Positions 20,128 through 29,161 of a stretch of 64,000 nt of DNA are shown here, in pieces. How positions within the stretch are numbered: position 1 is the stretch's first letter; every line of letters begins with the position of its first letter. The stretch is from Actinoplanes sp. GTDB lineage: Bacteria; Actinomycetota; Actinomycetes; Mycobacteriales; Micromonosporaceae. Under the pieces are notes generated by a model, which saw only the letters and a program-made list of their open reading frames with translations, was not told the DNA's origin and searched no databases. The stretch covers positions 10,110-74,109 of the forward strand of contig DASWRZ010000338.1 of NCBI GenBank assembly GCA_036402935.1, given 5' to 3'. Made by a program: the position numbers and the translations under genes.

Positions 20128-21458
20128 CCACCCCGGCCGACAGCCCGGCGCCCGCTGCGACCCCGGCTGACAGCCCGGCGCCCGCTGCCGCCCTGGCCGG
20201 CAGCTCGGCCCCCGCTGCGATCCCGGCTGACAAGCTGGCGCCCGCTGACGCCCCGGCCGGCAGCTCGGCGCCCGCTGCGACCTCGGCTGCCGTCCGGGCG
20301 CCCGCTGCCGCACCGACGGCCGGCCCGGCGCGGCGCGGGCGCAAGCAGTGCTGGCTCGACCTGCGCGACCTGCCCGACTGGCGGGTCGCCGCCGCTGAGG
20401 AGGCGCTCCACCAGCGCTTTGATGCCGTGGTCGCGTCCGACCCGGCCGACCTCGCTCCGCTGCCGCCGACGATCACCCGGGTGCTGGCGCCGGCCGGGTC
20501 CGAGCTCCCGGACGACATCGGCAACGCCGACCTGGTGCTGGTCGACCCGATGCGGCACGGCGATCCGGCTGCCCTCGAGGGCCGCTACGGCGCAGTGCCG
20601 ATCGGCGGCCGGCACGAGGTCACCGATGCGGTCACGCTGGCCGTGGCCTGCGAGAGCGTGCGGCGTGACCCGGTGACGCTGATCCGGTTCCGCGACCCGA
20701 CCAACATCCCGATGGAGATCGTGCTCGCCGCCGCCGACGGCGCGACCGGCACGATCGTCACTGCCGTCGACGCGGTCGAGGACGCCGAGGTGCACCTGGC
20801 TGTGCTCGAGCACGGGCCGGACGCCGTGCTGCTCGCGCCGGCCGCGCCCGGCGATGCGACCCGGCTCGCCGAGGTGGTCCGCTACCGCCCGGCCGACCTG
20901 ACCCTGACCACGTTCACCGTCACCTCGGTGCGGCACGCCGGACGTGGCGACCGGGCCTGCGTCGACACGTGTTCCTACCTGCGGCCGGACGAGGGCATCC
21001 TGACCGGGTCGCGATCCCGGGCGCTGCTGCTCTGCGTCAGCGAGACCCACCCACTGCCCTACATGCCGACCCGGCCGTTCCGGGTCAACGCCGGTGCGGT
21101 CATGTCGTACACGCTGGCCGGGCCGGAACGGACCCGCTACCTGAGCGAACTGAGCGCCGGCGACACCGTGCTCGCGGTGGGGGCGGACGGGCGTACGCGG
21201 CGGGTGACCGTCGGGCGGGTGAAGATCGAGACGCGGCCGCTGCTGAGCATCGAGGCGGTCGCGCCGAGCGGGGAACGGGCCAACCTGATCGTGCAGGACG
21301 ACTGGCACGTGCGGGTGCTGGGGCCGGGCCCAACCGCACGAGAACCGGCCGTGCTCAACTCGACCGAGCTCAAGCCGGGCGACGAGATCCTCGGCTACCT
21401 GCCGGGGCGCGACCGGCACGTCGGCTACCCGATCGACGAACAGTGCTTCGAGCAGTGA
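20124..21458 (+). CDS. 3-dehydroquinate synthase II family, GriH-like 3-amino-4-hydroxybenzoate synthase
   Basis: WLDLR, DPTNIPMEIV, GDRACVDTCS, SETHPLPYMPTRPFRVNAGA, GRVKIETRPL, VQDDWHVR. Confidence 0.9.
   Translation: MTTPADSPAPAATPADSPAPAAALAGSSAPAAIPADKLAPADAPAGSSAPAATSAAVRAPAAAPTAGPARRGRKQCWLDLRDLPDWRVAAAEEALHQRFDAVVASDPADLAPLPPTITRVLAPAGSELPDDIGNADLVLVDPMRHGDPAALEGRYGAVPIGGRHEVTDAVTLAVACESVRRDPVTLIRFRDPTNIPMEIVLAAADGATGTIVTAVDAVEDAEVHLAVLEHGPDAVLLAPAAPGDATRLAEVVRYRPADLTLTTFTVTSVRHAGRGDRACVDTCSYLRPDEGILTGSRSRALLLCVSETHPLPYMPTRPFRVNAGAVMSYTLAGPERTRYLSELSAGDTVLAVGADGRTRRVTVGRVKIETRPLLSIEAVAPSGERANLIVQDDWHVRVLGPGPTAREPAVLNSTELKPGDEILGYLPGRDRHVGYPIDEQCFEQ
20130..20309 (+). repeat. 30-bp tandem repeat x6 encoding an Ala/Pro-rich N-terminal extension
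   Basis: Unit ACCCCGGCYGACAGCCCGGCGCCCGCTGCG, diverging copies. Confidence 0.85.
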
Positions 21459-21532
21459 GACCAACAGTGCTTCGAGCAGTGAGACCAACAGCGCTTCGAG
21501 CGGTGAGACCAACAGCGCTTCGAGCAGTGAGA
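21439..21532 (+). repeat. 24-bp tandem repeat x~4 duplicating the GriH-like gene 3' end including its stop
   Basis: AACAGYGCTTCGAGCRGTGAGACC repeated without spacers. Confidence 0.95.
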
Positions 21533-21540
21533 AGACGAGC

Positions 21541-22293
21541 ATGACCGGCATCTTCGACTTCCACGCGCGGCTGGTCCCGGGCGGCGGCGCCCGGCTGCTG
21601 CAGACGATGGACCGGGCCGGCATCGACCGGGCCGCGGTCAGCGCGGGCGGGCTGATCGGGCTGGACGAGCTGTCGGTGCAGATCACGTACGGCGGCCGGG
21701 TCGAGGCGTCGGCGGACAACCCGGCGGTCGCCGCGGAGTGTGACCGGTCGACCGGGCGGTTGCTGCCGTTCTACTTCGCTGATCCGCGGCGCGATGTCCA
21801 CGCGTACCGCACGCAAGCGGAACGTTTCCGCGGCCTGGAGATCTCCCCGGCCGTGCACGGGTTCCGGTTGGACGAGCCGGCCGTGGCCGAACTGGTGCTG
21901 ATCGCCGCCGCCATGCGGCATCCGGTCTATGTCGTCACGACCGGCCGGCCCGGCTGCCGGCCGGCCGACCTGGCCCGGCTGGCGTTCGAGTTTCCGCAGG
22001 TCACCCTGGTCTGGGGGCACTGCGGGCACACCGGGCTGGAGATCGCCGGGCTGGCCGAGCTGGCGCCCCTGCCCAATGTCGTGGCCGAGCTGTCCGGCTG
22101 CCTGACCGTCACCGCGCGCACCGCGATCGACCGGCTCGGGGCCGGGCGGGTGCTGTTCGGCACCGAGTTCCCGCTGCAGCATCCGGCGGTCGAGCTGGCC
22201 AAGTGCGCGGCACTCGGGCTCGAGCCGGCCGACCGCGACCGGGTGTTGTGGACCAACGCGTGCCGCTTGCTGGGGGAGGACACGACATGGTGA
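21541..22293 (+). CDS. Amidohydrolase family protein (NatAM-like benzoxazole cyclase candidate)
   Basis: IFDFHARL, LVWGHCG, RVLFGTEFP, WTNACRLL; genomic context. Confidence 0.8.
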   Translation: MTGIFDFHARLVPGGGARLLQTMDRAGIDRAAVSAGGLIGLDELSVQITYGGRVEASADNPAVAAECDRSTGRLLPFYFADPRRDVHAYRTQAERFRGLEISPAVHGFRLDEPAVAELVLIAAAMRHPVYVVTTGRPGCRPADLARLAFEFPQVTLVWGHCGHTGLEIAGLAELAPLPNVVAELSGCLTVTARTAIDRLGAGRVLFGTEFPLQHPAVELAKCAALGLEPADRDRVLWTNACRLLGEDTTW

Positions 22294-23540
22294 GACGCCC
22301 GCACCTGGGAGATTGGACCGACGCCGTGGGGCTGCGGCGCCTGCAGCAGGCACAGCTCGCGCGGACACTGGAGGCGGCCGCGCGGTCGCCGTTCTATCGC
22401 AAGCTCGGCCTGTCGCTCCTCGAGGACATGCCGTTGACCACCAAGCAGGACCTGCGGGACGCCTATCCCTTCGGGATGCTCGCGGTCGACAGGTCCGAGC
22501 TGGCGACCTACCACGAGTCGAGCGGCAGCACCGGCGCGCCGACCGCGTCCTACTACACCGCCGACGACTGGCTCGACCTGGTCGACCGCTATGCCCGCAA
22601 GCACGTCGGCATCGAGCCGTCGGACACGTTCCTGGTGCGCACGCCCTACGCCTTGATGATCACCGGGCATCTGGCCCACGCGGCGGCCCGGTCCCGCGGG
22701 GCAACCGTGGTGCCGGCCGACAACCGCTCGCTGGCCACGCCCTATTCGACCGTCGTCCGGCTGCTGCACGACCTCGACGTGACGGTCACGTGGTCGCTCG
22801 CCGCCGACACGCTGCTCTGGGCGGCCGCCGCCGAGCTGGCCGGCATCCGCGACTTCCCGGCGCTCCGCGCGCTCTTCGTCGGCGGCGACCCGCTCAGCCC
22901 GGCGAAGCGTCGCCGGATCGAGCAGATCTGGGGTGTGCCGGTGGTCGAGGAGTACGGCGCGACCGAGACCGGCAGCCTGGCCGGCCAGTGTCCGCACGGC
23001 CACCTGCACCTGTGGGCCGACCGGGCGATCTTCGAGGTGCTCGCCGGCGGCCGGCTGGTGCCGGCGGGGCGCGGGCAGCTGGTGGTCACGCCGCTCTATC
23101 GCGAGGCGATGCCGTTGCTGCGCTACAACACCGAGGACGAGGTCGAGGTCTCGCTGGACGACTGCCCGTGCGGCTGGGCGCTCCCGAGGGTGCGGATCCT
23201 CGGGCGGACCGCGTTCGCGGCCGGTGAGCTCACCCAGGTCGGCGTCGAGGAACTCGTCTTCGGGCTGCCCGGGGAGTACGGCGTGCGCTTCTGGCGGGCC
23301 CGCCCGTCCGGCGACCGTTTGATCATGCAGATCGAGGTGTCGCCCGAGCACGCGGCAACGGCCGCCGCTGCGCTCGGGGATGCGGTCGGGTCGGCGTACG
23401 GGATCGAGGCCGGCATCGAAACGATGCCGCCGGGTTCGCTCGTGCCGTTCCGGCTGTTGACCGCCCGGCCCGAGCTGATGAAACCGCGCGGGCTGTTCGC
23501 GGCGGGCGAGGACTGGGATCGGGCTCTTCAGTACTACTGA
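22287..23540 (+). CDS. Phenylacetate-CoA ligase-like adenylating enzyme (NatL2-like)
   Basis: MPLTTKQDLR, HESSGSTG, EEYGATETG, AMPLLRYNTED, CPCG. Confidence 0.88.
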   Translation: MVRRPHLGDWTDAVGLRRLQQAQLARTLEAAARSPFYRKLGLSLLEDMPLTTKQDLRDAYPFGMLAVDRSELATYHESSGSTGAPTASYYTADDWLDLVDRYARKHVGIEPSDTFLVRTPYALMITGHLAHAAARSRGATVVPADNRSLATPYSTVVRLLHDLDVTVTWSLAADTLLWAAAAELAGIRDFPALRALFVGGDPLSPAKRRRIEQIWGVPVVEEYGATETGSLAGQCPHGHLHLWADRAIFEVLAGGRLVPAGRGQLVVTPLYREAMPLLRYNTEDEVEVSLDDCPCGWALPRVRILGRTAFAAGELTQVGVEELVFGLPGEYGVRFWRARPSGDRLIMQIEVSPEHAATAAAALGDAVGSAYGIEAGIETMPPGSLVPFRLLTARPELMKPRGLFAAGEDWDRALQYY

Positions 23541-23552
23541 TCGGGAGTTCGA

Positions 23553-24659
23553 ATGAGGATTGTCGTGGCCGGTGGGGGAATCGGCGGCCTGGCGCTGGCG
23601 ATCGCGCTCAGGCGTCGCGGGATCCGCTGCGTCGTGCTGGAACGCGACCGGGTGCTCAGCTCGGCCGGCGGTGGCCTGCAGCTTTCGCCGAACGGCACCG
23701 CGGTCCTGCGGCGGCTCGGGCTGGGTGCCGCGCTGGACGGCGGCTTCCGGCCGGCCGGCCGCCAACTGCGACGCTGGCGCGACGGCGGCCTCATCGGCCG
23801 GGTCCCGCTCGGGCGGGACGCGCTTTCCCGGTACGGCGATCCCTACGTCACCCTGCGCCGTTCGACGCTGCGCCGGCTCCTGTACGACGTGGTCGCTCCG
23901 CAGGTGCACCTGGGCCGGGCGGCCACCGCGCTGCTCGGGTCCGGAGTGACCGTGGCCGACGGCGGTTTCGAGCCGGCCGACGTGGTGATCGGCGCCGACG
24001 GCCTCAACTCGACGGTCCGGCCCCATCTGATCGCCGATCCGCTGAGGTTCAGCGGGCACGTCGCCTACCGGGCCGTCGTGCCGGGCACCATGCTCTCCAC
24101 GGTGGACGTGCTCGTCTGGCTGGGCCCCGGCCGGCACTTCGTGTGTTATCCGATCGACCAGGGCCGCAACCTCAACCTGGTCGCCACGCTTCCGGCCGCC
24201 GTGCCCCCACCGCCCGCTCGTGGGGTGCGGGCCGACGAGCTGCTCCCGGCCTACGCCGGATGGGATCCGACCGTGCGCGGCCTGCTTTCCGCCGCTCGCT
24301 CGTTCGATCGCCATCCGCTGTTCGAACGGCCCGCTCCCGGCCCGCGCAGCTGGGGAAGGGTCGCCCTGCTCGGCGACGCGGCCGTGCCGATGCTGCCGTT
24401 CCTGGCCCAGGGCGCGTGCCAGGCCCTGGAGGACGCCGAATCGTTGGCCCGGCACATCGGTGGCCCGGACGGCCTGGCCGGCTACGCCGCCGACCGCCAG
24501 GAGCGGGCCGAGCAGGTCGCCGCCGCCTCCCGGGCCGGCGCCCACGACAACCACCTGGCCGACGGCGCCGACCAGCGGCGGCGGGACCGGCACCTGGCCG
24601 GTCTCACCCTGAGCGATCTGGACTGGATCTATGCGCCGCCCGGGCGGGTGCCCGCGTGA
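23553..24659 (+). CDS. FAD-dependent monooxygenase (salicylate/hydroxybenzoate hydroxylase-like)
   Basis: VAGGGIGG, GLQLSPNG, IGADGLNS, LLGDAAVPMLPFLAQGACQALEDA. Confidence 0.88.
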   Translation: MRIVVAGGGIGGLALAIALRRRGIRCVVLERDRVLSSAGGGLQLSPNGTAVLRRLGLGAALDGGFRPAGRQLRRWRDGGLIGRVPLGRDALSRYGDPYVTLRRSTLRRLLYDVVAPQVHLGRAATALLGSGVTVADGGFEPADVVIGADGLNSTVRPHLIADPLRFSGHVAYRAVVPGTMLSTVDVLVWLGPGRHFVCYPIDQGRNLNLVATLPAAVPPPPARGVRADELLPAYAGWDPTVRGLLSAARSFDRHPLFERPAPGPRSWGRVALLGDAAVPMLPFLAQGACQALEDAESLARHIGGPDGLAGYAADRQERAEQVAAASRAGAHDNHLADGADQRRRDRHLAGLTLSDLDWIYAPPGRVPA

Positions 24660-25804
24660 CCCCGGCCGGTCAGGGCGGCCAGTTCGACGCGCGAGCTGAT
24701 GCCGAGTTTCTGGAAGATCTGGCGCAGGTGGTAGTTGACCGTGTGCGGCGAACGGTTCAGCCGCCCCGCGATCTGCTGGTTGGTCAGCGCCTGCCCGGCC
24801 AGCTCGGCGATCTCCCGCTCGCGCACGCTGAGCACCCCCAGGTCACGCAACCCGCCCCGCCGGGGCGGCACGGCCGGTGGGTGCGAACGCCGGGGTCCGG
24901 TACGCGGTTGCTCGCTCCGCAACGCCGCCACCACCGGCCGGGGCATCGTCGCCTCGACCGCGGCCCGCACCAGCTCGTGCCGGAACGTCAGCAACTCGGT
25001 GTCCCCGTCCAGCAGACCGGCCGCGATCACCTCGTCGAGCGCCGGCAGCAGGCTCACCAGACCGGACCGCATCAGCCGGGCCAGTCGGGCGAGCGGGAAC
25101 CGTCCGCGCAACGTGGTCGCCGCCTGCACCAGGTGCCGGGCGGCCGGGGAGAGCGTGGCCACCTGCCGCTGCAGCCGGGCTTCCGTACGCCGGGGGAGCC
25201 GCACCGCGGCGAGGCCGATCCGCCCGTCCCCGGCCCGCACCAGCTCCTCCTCGCGCAGATCGGCCAGCAGATCGGCCAGCGCGCCCGGGCGTCCCGCCGC
25301 GACCCGGCAGAGAGCGAGCAGGCCGTCGGCCGGCTGCCCGCCGAGCTCGGACGCCACCAGCGCGGCCACCTCGGCCGGGGTGAGCGGTGGCAGGCGGATG
25401 TGGTGGGTCTCGGCGCCGAGCAGATGGTCGGCGGCGAGCGGGTCGGCCTCGATCCGGCCGGTGACCGTCACCAGCACCGGCACCGTCTCGGCCAGCCGGT
25501 CGAGGGCGGGCCACGCGCCGGGCTCGATCCGATGCGGATGGTCGCAGGTCAGCAGCAACGGGCCGGGTTCGCGGCGGGCCCGCTGCCACAGGCGCCGGGC
25601 CCGGTCGGCGGTGATCCAGCCGGCCTCGCCGACCGTGCGCCAGCCGCGATCCCGGGCCCGCACCGCGATCTCGGCCAGCAGCCGGCTCCGGCCGCTGCCC
25701 GCCGGACCCTCGATGACCAGCACCGACGGCTGACCGACCGGCAGCGTGCCGAGCACCTCGAGCGCCTGCCGGATCTCCTCCTCGCGCCCAATCAGAGACA
25801 CCAT
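24629..25804 (-). CDS. Short LuxR regulator with degenerate AAA-like N-terminus
   Basis: LIGREEE, GPAGSGRS (K to R), FRHELVR, C-terminal LTNQQIAGRLNRSPHTVNYHLRQIFQKLG. Confidence 0.85.
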   Translation of the reverse strand: MVSLIGREEEIRQALEVLGTLPVGQPSVLVIEGPAGSGRSRLLAEIAVRARDRGWRTVGEAGWITADRARRLWQRARREPGPLLLTCDHPHRIEPGAWPALDRLAETVPVLVTVTGRIEADPLAADHLLGAETHHIRLPPLTPAEVAALVASELGGQPADGLLALCRVAAGRPGALADLLADLREEELVRAGDGRIGLAAVRLPRRTEARLQRQVATLSPAARHLVQAATTLRGRFPLARLARLMRSGLVSLLPALDEVIAAGLLDGDTELLTFRHELVRAAVEATMPRPVVAALRSEQPRTGPRRSHPPAVPPRRGGLRDLGVLSVREREIAELAGQALTNQQIAGRLNRSPHTVNYHLRQIFQKLGISSRVELAALTGRGHAGTRPGGA

Positions 25805-25878
25805 CGCCCCTCCCTCAGTGTCGACAGGGTTGATGGTCGGCCCGGTATCTACCGCGAACCTGCTCGAAATAGGTGATC

Positions 25879-26550
25879 TCAGAAAGGCGACGCCAGCTTG
25901 GCCAGCCGGACCGGGTCGAGCAGCACCAGCCGCCGGTAGCCGGTGGAGATGAGCCCGGCGTCGCGCAGATCGTGCATCGCCTTCTGCACGGTGGCCTGGG
26001 CGATCGCGATCATCGCGGCGAGTTCGGGCTGGCTCAGCGGCACCGCGAGCTCGACCGTGCCGTCCGGCCGGTCCCGCCCGCACACCTCGGCGATCTCGGA
26101 GAGCAGCCGGGCCAGCCGGATGTGGGCCGGAAAGGCGGCGAAGTCGGAGCGCCGCCGGTTGGCCCACCGCAGCTGGCGGGCGACCGCGCCGGCGACCAGG
26201 CGGGCCGCGTCGGGCCGGCGGCTGAGGAACTCCTCGAACCGGGCCCGCGAGAGCAGGCCCGCGGTGACCCGGCCGCAGGCGGTGACGGTCGCGTTGCGGG
26301 GCTCGCCGGTGAGTGCGCCGATCTCGCCGACCACCTCGCCCGGGAGCCGGATGCCGAGCAGCGTCTCGTAGCCCTCGACCGCGGTGGTCACCTTGACGAA
26401 GCCGCTGAGCAGCAGGATCACGTGGTTGTCGGTGCCGCCCTCGCGGATCAGCACGCGCCCGCTCTCGAACCGTTTGCGGGTGCTGCCGGCCACCAGTTCG
26501 GCGGCGACGGAGGGTGGCAGGCTGCCGAGAAAGGTGCCCTCCGTGGTCAC
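25879..26550 (-). CDS. Crp/Fnr family transcriptional regulator
   Basis: LIREG, GEVVGEIGAL..PRNATV, RLARLL, LSQPELAAMI HTH; TAAGAT 6 nt before GTG. Confidence 0.9.
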   Translation of the reverse strand: MTTEGTFLGSLPPSVAAELVAGSTRKRFESGRVLIREGGTDNHVILLLSGFVKVTTAVEGYETLLGIRLPGEVVGEIGALTGEPRNATVTACGRVTAGLLSRARFEEFLSRRPDAARLVAGAVARQLRWANRRRSDFAAFPAHIRLARLLSEIAEVCGRDRPDGTVELAVPLSQPELAAMIAIAQATVQKAMHDLRDAGLISTGYRRLVLLDPVRLAKLASPF

Positions 26551-26575
26551 GGGCCAATCTTAGGTGGATCCGCTC

Positions 26576-27688
26576 CTATGTGGCCCGCTCTTGTCCGGCC
26601 CGGTCTTGTCCGGCCCGGTCTTGTTCGGCCCGGTCTTGTTCGGCCCCGTGGATCGGCGTCCGCAGCTCGGTCAGCGGCAGCCCGGTTCCGCCCTGGGAAC
26701 GGGCGATGATCTCGGCCGCGATCGCGACCGCGGTCTCCTCGGGGGTGCGGGCGCCCAGGTCGAGTCCGATCGGCGCCGACAGGCGGGCCAGCGCGTCGTC
26801 GCTCACGCCGGCCTCGCGGAGCCGCTGCGTCCGCTCCTCCTGGGTGCGCCGCGAGCCCATCACCCCGACGTAGCGGGCTCTCGTCCGCAGCGCGACCTCG
26901 AGCAGCGGGATGTCGAACTTCGGGTCGTGGGTGAGCACGCACAGCACGGTCCGCTCGTCGACCGGGGTCGTCTCCAGGTACCGGTGCGGCCATTCGACGA
27001 CCAGTTCGTCGGCGTCCGGGAAGCGCTTGCGGGTGGCGAAGACGCCGCGGGCGTCGCAGACCGTCACGTGGTAACCGAGGAACCGGCCGATCCGGGCCAC
27101 CGCGCCCGCGAAGTCGATCGCCCCGAAGACGATCATGCGGGGCGGGGTGGCGTACGACTGGACGAAGACCGGCACCTCGCACGCGCGGACGGTGCCGGTC
27201 GTGCCGGCCGCCAGCATCCCGGCCGCCTGCGCCGCGGCGGAGTGGTCCACCTCGGCGTCGCCCAGGCTGCCGGTGGAGCGGGACGGCCAGACCACCAGCT
27301 GGGCGTTCTCGACCGACGCCGTGGCGACCGGCCGGCCCTGCCGGATCGCCGCGATCACCTCGTCGATCCCGGTCAGCGCGGTGTCCGGCTGGACCAGCAC
27401 CTCGATGGTCCCGCCGCAGGTCAGGCCGACCTCGAACGCCTGGTCGTCGCTCACCCCGTACGTCTGGGTCTGTGCCTTTCCGGTGCGGAGCACCTCTTCG
27501 GCCGCCGCATAGACCGCGGCCTCGACGCACCCGCCGGACACGCTGCCCAGCGCCTCACCCTGATCGTTCACGGCCATTGCCGCGCCCGGCTGCCGCGGCG
27601 CCGAATGCCAGGTGCGCACGACCGTGGCCAACGCGAACGCACGCCCGGCGGAGCGCCAGGCGGCCAGGCCGTCCACGATGTCCCGCAT
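26576..27688 (-). CDS. XdhC/CoxI family Moco chaperone
   Basis: GSVSGGCVE, VGLTCGG, LTHDPKFD, GVMGSR, APIGLDLGARTPEETAVAI. Confidence 0.92.
   Translation of the reverse strand: MRDIVDGLAAWRSAGRAFALATVVRTWHSAPRQPGAAMAVNDQGEALGSVSGGCVEAAVYAAAEEVLRTGKAQTQTYGVSDDQAFEVGLTCGGTIEVLVQPDTALTGIDEVIAAIRQGRPVATASVENAQLVVWPSRSTGSLGDAEVDHSAAAQAAGMLAAGTTGTVRACEVPVFVQSYATPPRMIVFGAIDFAGAVARIGRFLGYHVTVCDARGVFATRKRFPDADELVVEWPHRYLETTPVDERTVLCVLTHDPKFDIPLLEVALRTRARYVGVMGSRRTQEERTQRLREAGVSDDALARLSAPIGLDLGARTPEETAVAIAAEIIARSQGGTGLPLTELRTPIHGAEQDRAEQDRAGQDRAGQERAT
26582..26646. repeat. 15-bp tandem repeat x4.3 at the XdhC C-terminus
   Basis: GGCCCGGTCTTGTYC units encoding (E/G)QDRA. Confidence 0.9.
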
Positions 27689-27719
27689 AGTCGCACCATC
27701 CGTGATCGCCCGGTGCCCC

Positions 27720-27759
27720 GTCAACGGCGAGTTAAGAGATCGCTTAGGTCGCTGTTGAC
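27720..27759. promoter_or_regulatory. CutR-type operator in divergent xdhC-coxM promoter
   Basis: TTAAG-AGATCG-CTTAG (27732-27747) inside a 17-bp-arm inverted repeat (14/17 paired). Confidence 0.7.
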
Positions 27760-27806
27760 TTTGCCGCAGGTCGGCGCAAGATTCGGCGAAACCCCGGAGG
27801 TGCAGC

Positions 27807-28685
27807 ATGCAGGTGCCGGCTCCGTTCGAATACGAACGCGCGACGAGCGTGGATCACGCCATCGGGCTGCTGGAGCGGCTGGGCGACACCGCCCGGCTCG
27901 TCGCGGGCGGGCACAGTCTGCTGCCGATGATGAAGCTCCGGTTGGCCAACTTCGAATATCTGATCGACATCAATGATCTGCACGGCGAGCTGGGCTACAT
28001 CCGCACCGGCCCCGGCGAGGTACACATCGGCGCCCTGACCCGGCACCGCGAACTGCTCGAATCGGACGAGCTGGCCGCCGCGTTCCCGATCTTCCGGGAC
28101 GCCGAGCGCGTGATCGCCGACCCGGTGGTACGCAACCGGGGCACGCTGGGCGGCTCGCTCTGCCAGGCCGACCCGTCCGAGGATCTGTCCGCGGTCTGCA
28201 CCACGCTCGACGCCAGCTGCGTGATCCGGGGCCCGGGCGGCGCCGAGCGGGTGGTGTCGATGGAGGAGTTCCACGTCGGGCCGTACGAGACGGCGGTCGG
28301 CGACGGCGAGATGCTGGTCGAGGTCCGGTTCCCGCTGCGGGCCGGCGGCGGCAGCGCGTACGAGAAGGTCGAGCGCCGGGCCGGCGACTGGGCCGTGGTC
28401 TCGGCGGGTGCCGCGGTCTGGCTGGCCGACGGGGTCATCGCGGACGCGCGGGTGGGGCTGGCGGCCGTTGGACCCAATACCACCGGAATTCCCGAAATAT
28501 CGGAAACGCTGCGGGGCAACGCGCCGAGCGAGGACCTCTTTTCGCAAGCCGCCGCCATCGCCGCCCGCAGCTGCGACCCGGCGACCGACCAGCGCGGAAG
28601 CGCCGACTACAAGCGCCACCTGGCCGGCGAACTGACCAGGCGCACTCTCCGGAAGGCCGTCGAGCGAGCAGGGAGCGCACACTGA
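27807..28685 (+). CDS. coxM: Aerobic CO dehydrogenase medium (FAD) subunit
   Basis: [40 protein letters not shown]. Confidence 0.93.
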   Translation: MQVPAPFEYERATSVDHAIGLLERLGDTARLVAGGHSLLPMMKLRLANFEYLIDINDLHGELGYIRTGPGEVHIGALTRHRELLESDELAAAFPIFRDAERVIADPVVRNRGTLGGSLCQADPSEDLSAVCTTLDASCVIRGPGGAERVVSMEEFHVGPYETAVGDGEMLVEVRFPLRAGGGSAYEKVERRAGDWAVVSAGAAVWLADGVIADARVGLAAVGPNTTGIPEISETLRGNAPSEDLFSQAAAIAARSCDPATDQRGSADYKRHLAGELTRRTLRKAVERAGSAH

Positions 28686-29161
28686 TGCAGGTCACGATGA
28701 CCGTCAACGACGTCGAGGTCAGCCGCGAGATCGAAGGCCGGCTGCTCCTCGTGCACTTCCTGCGCGACGTGCTGGGGCTGACCGGCACCCACTGGGGCTG
28801 CGACACGAGCAACTGCGGCACCTGTGTCGTCTGGCTCGACGGCGAGCCCGTCAAGTCGTGCACGGTGCTCGCCGCGATGGCCGGCGGGCACGAGGTGCGT
28901 ACGGTCGAAGGCCTGGCGCAGGGCGCCGAGCTCGACCCCGTCCAGCAGGGTTTCATCCAGTGCCACGGCCTGCAGTGCGGGTTCTGCACGCCCGGGATGA
29001 TGATGACCGCCCGGGCCCTGCTCAACAACAACCCCGACCCGACCGACGGCGAGATCCGCGAGGCGATCAGCGGTCAGATCTGCCGCTGCACGGGATACGC
29101 GACGATCGTCCGTTCCGTCCGGTGGGCAGCCGTGCACGAGGCAGCGGAGGCGGCGAAATGA
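28685..29161 (+). CDS. coxS: Aerobic CO dehydrogenase small (2Fe-2S) subunit
   Basis: [27 protein letters not shown]. Confidence 0.95.
   Translation: MQVTMTVNDVEVSREIEGRLLLVHFLRDVLGLTGTHWGCDTSNCGTCVVWLDGEPVKSCTVLAAMAGGHEVRTVEGLAQGAELDPVQQGFIQCHGLQCGFCTPGMMMTARALLNNNPDPTDGEIREAISGQICRCTGYATIVRSVRWAAVHEAAEAAK

Noticed and set aside
19345-21458. Archaeal-type alternative shikimate pathway (ADH synthase/DHQ synthase II)
   Set aside because: Coupling to ligase, amidohydrolase and LAL regulators fits GriI/GriH-type secondary metabolism better
21439-21532. Possible CRISPR array
   Set aside because: Head-to-tail 24-bp units with no spacers, derived from the upstream gene's 3' end; no cas genes
27689-27806. 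Crp site (TGTGA-N6-TCACA) in the cox promoter linking the adjacent Crp gene to CODH
   Set aside because: No convincing match found
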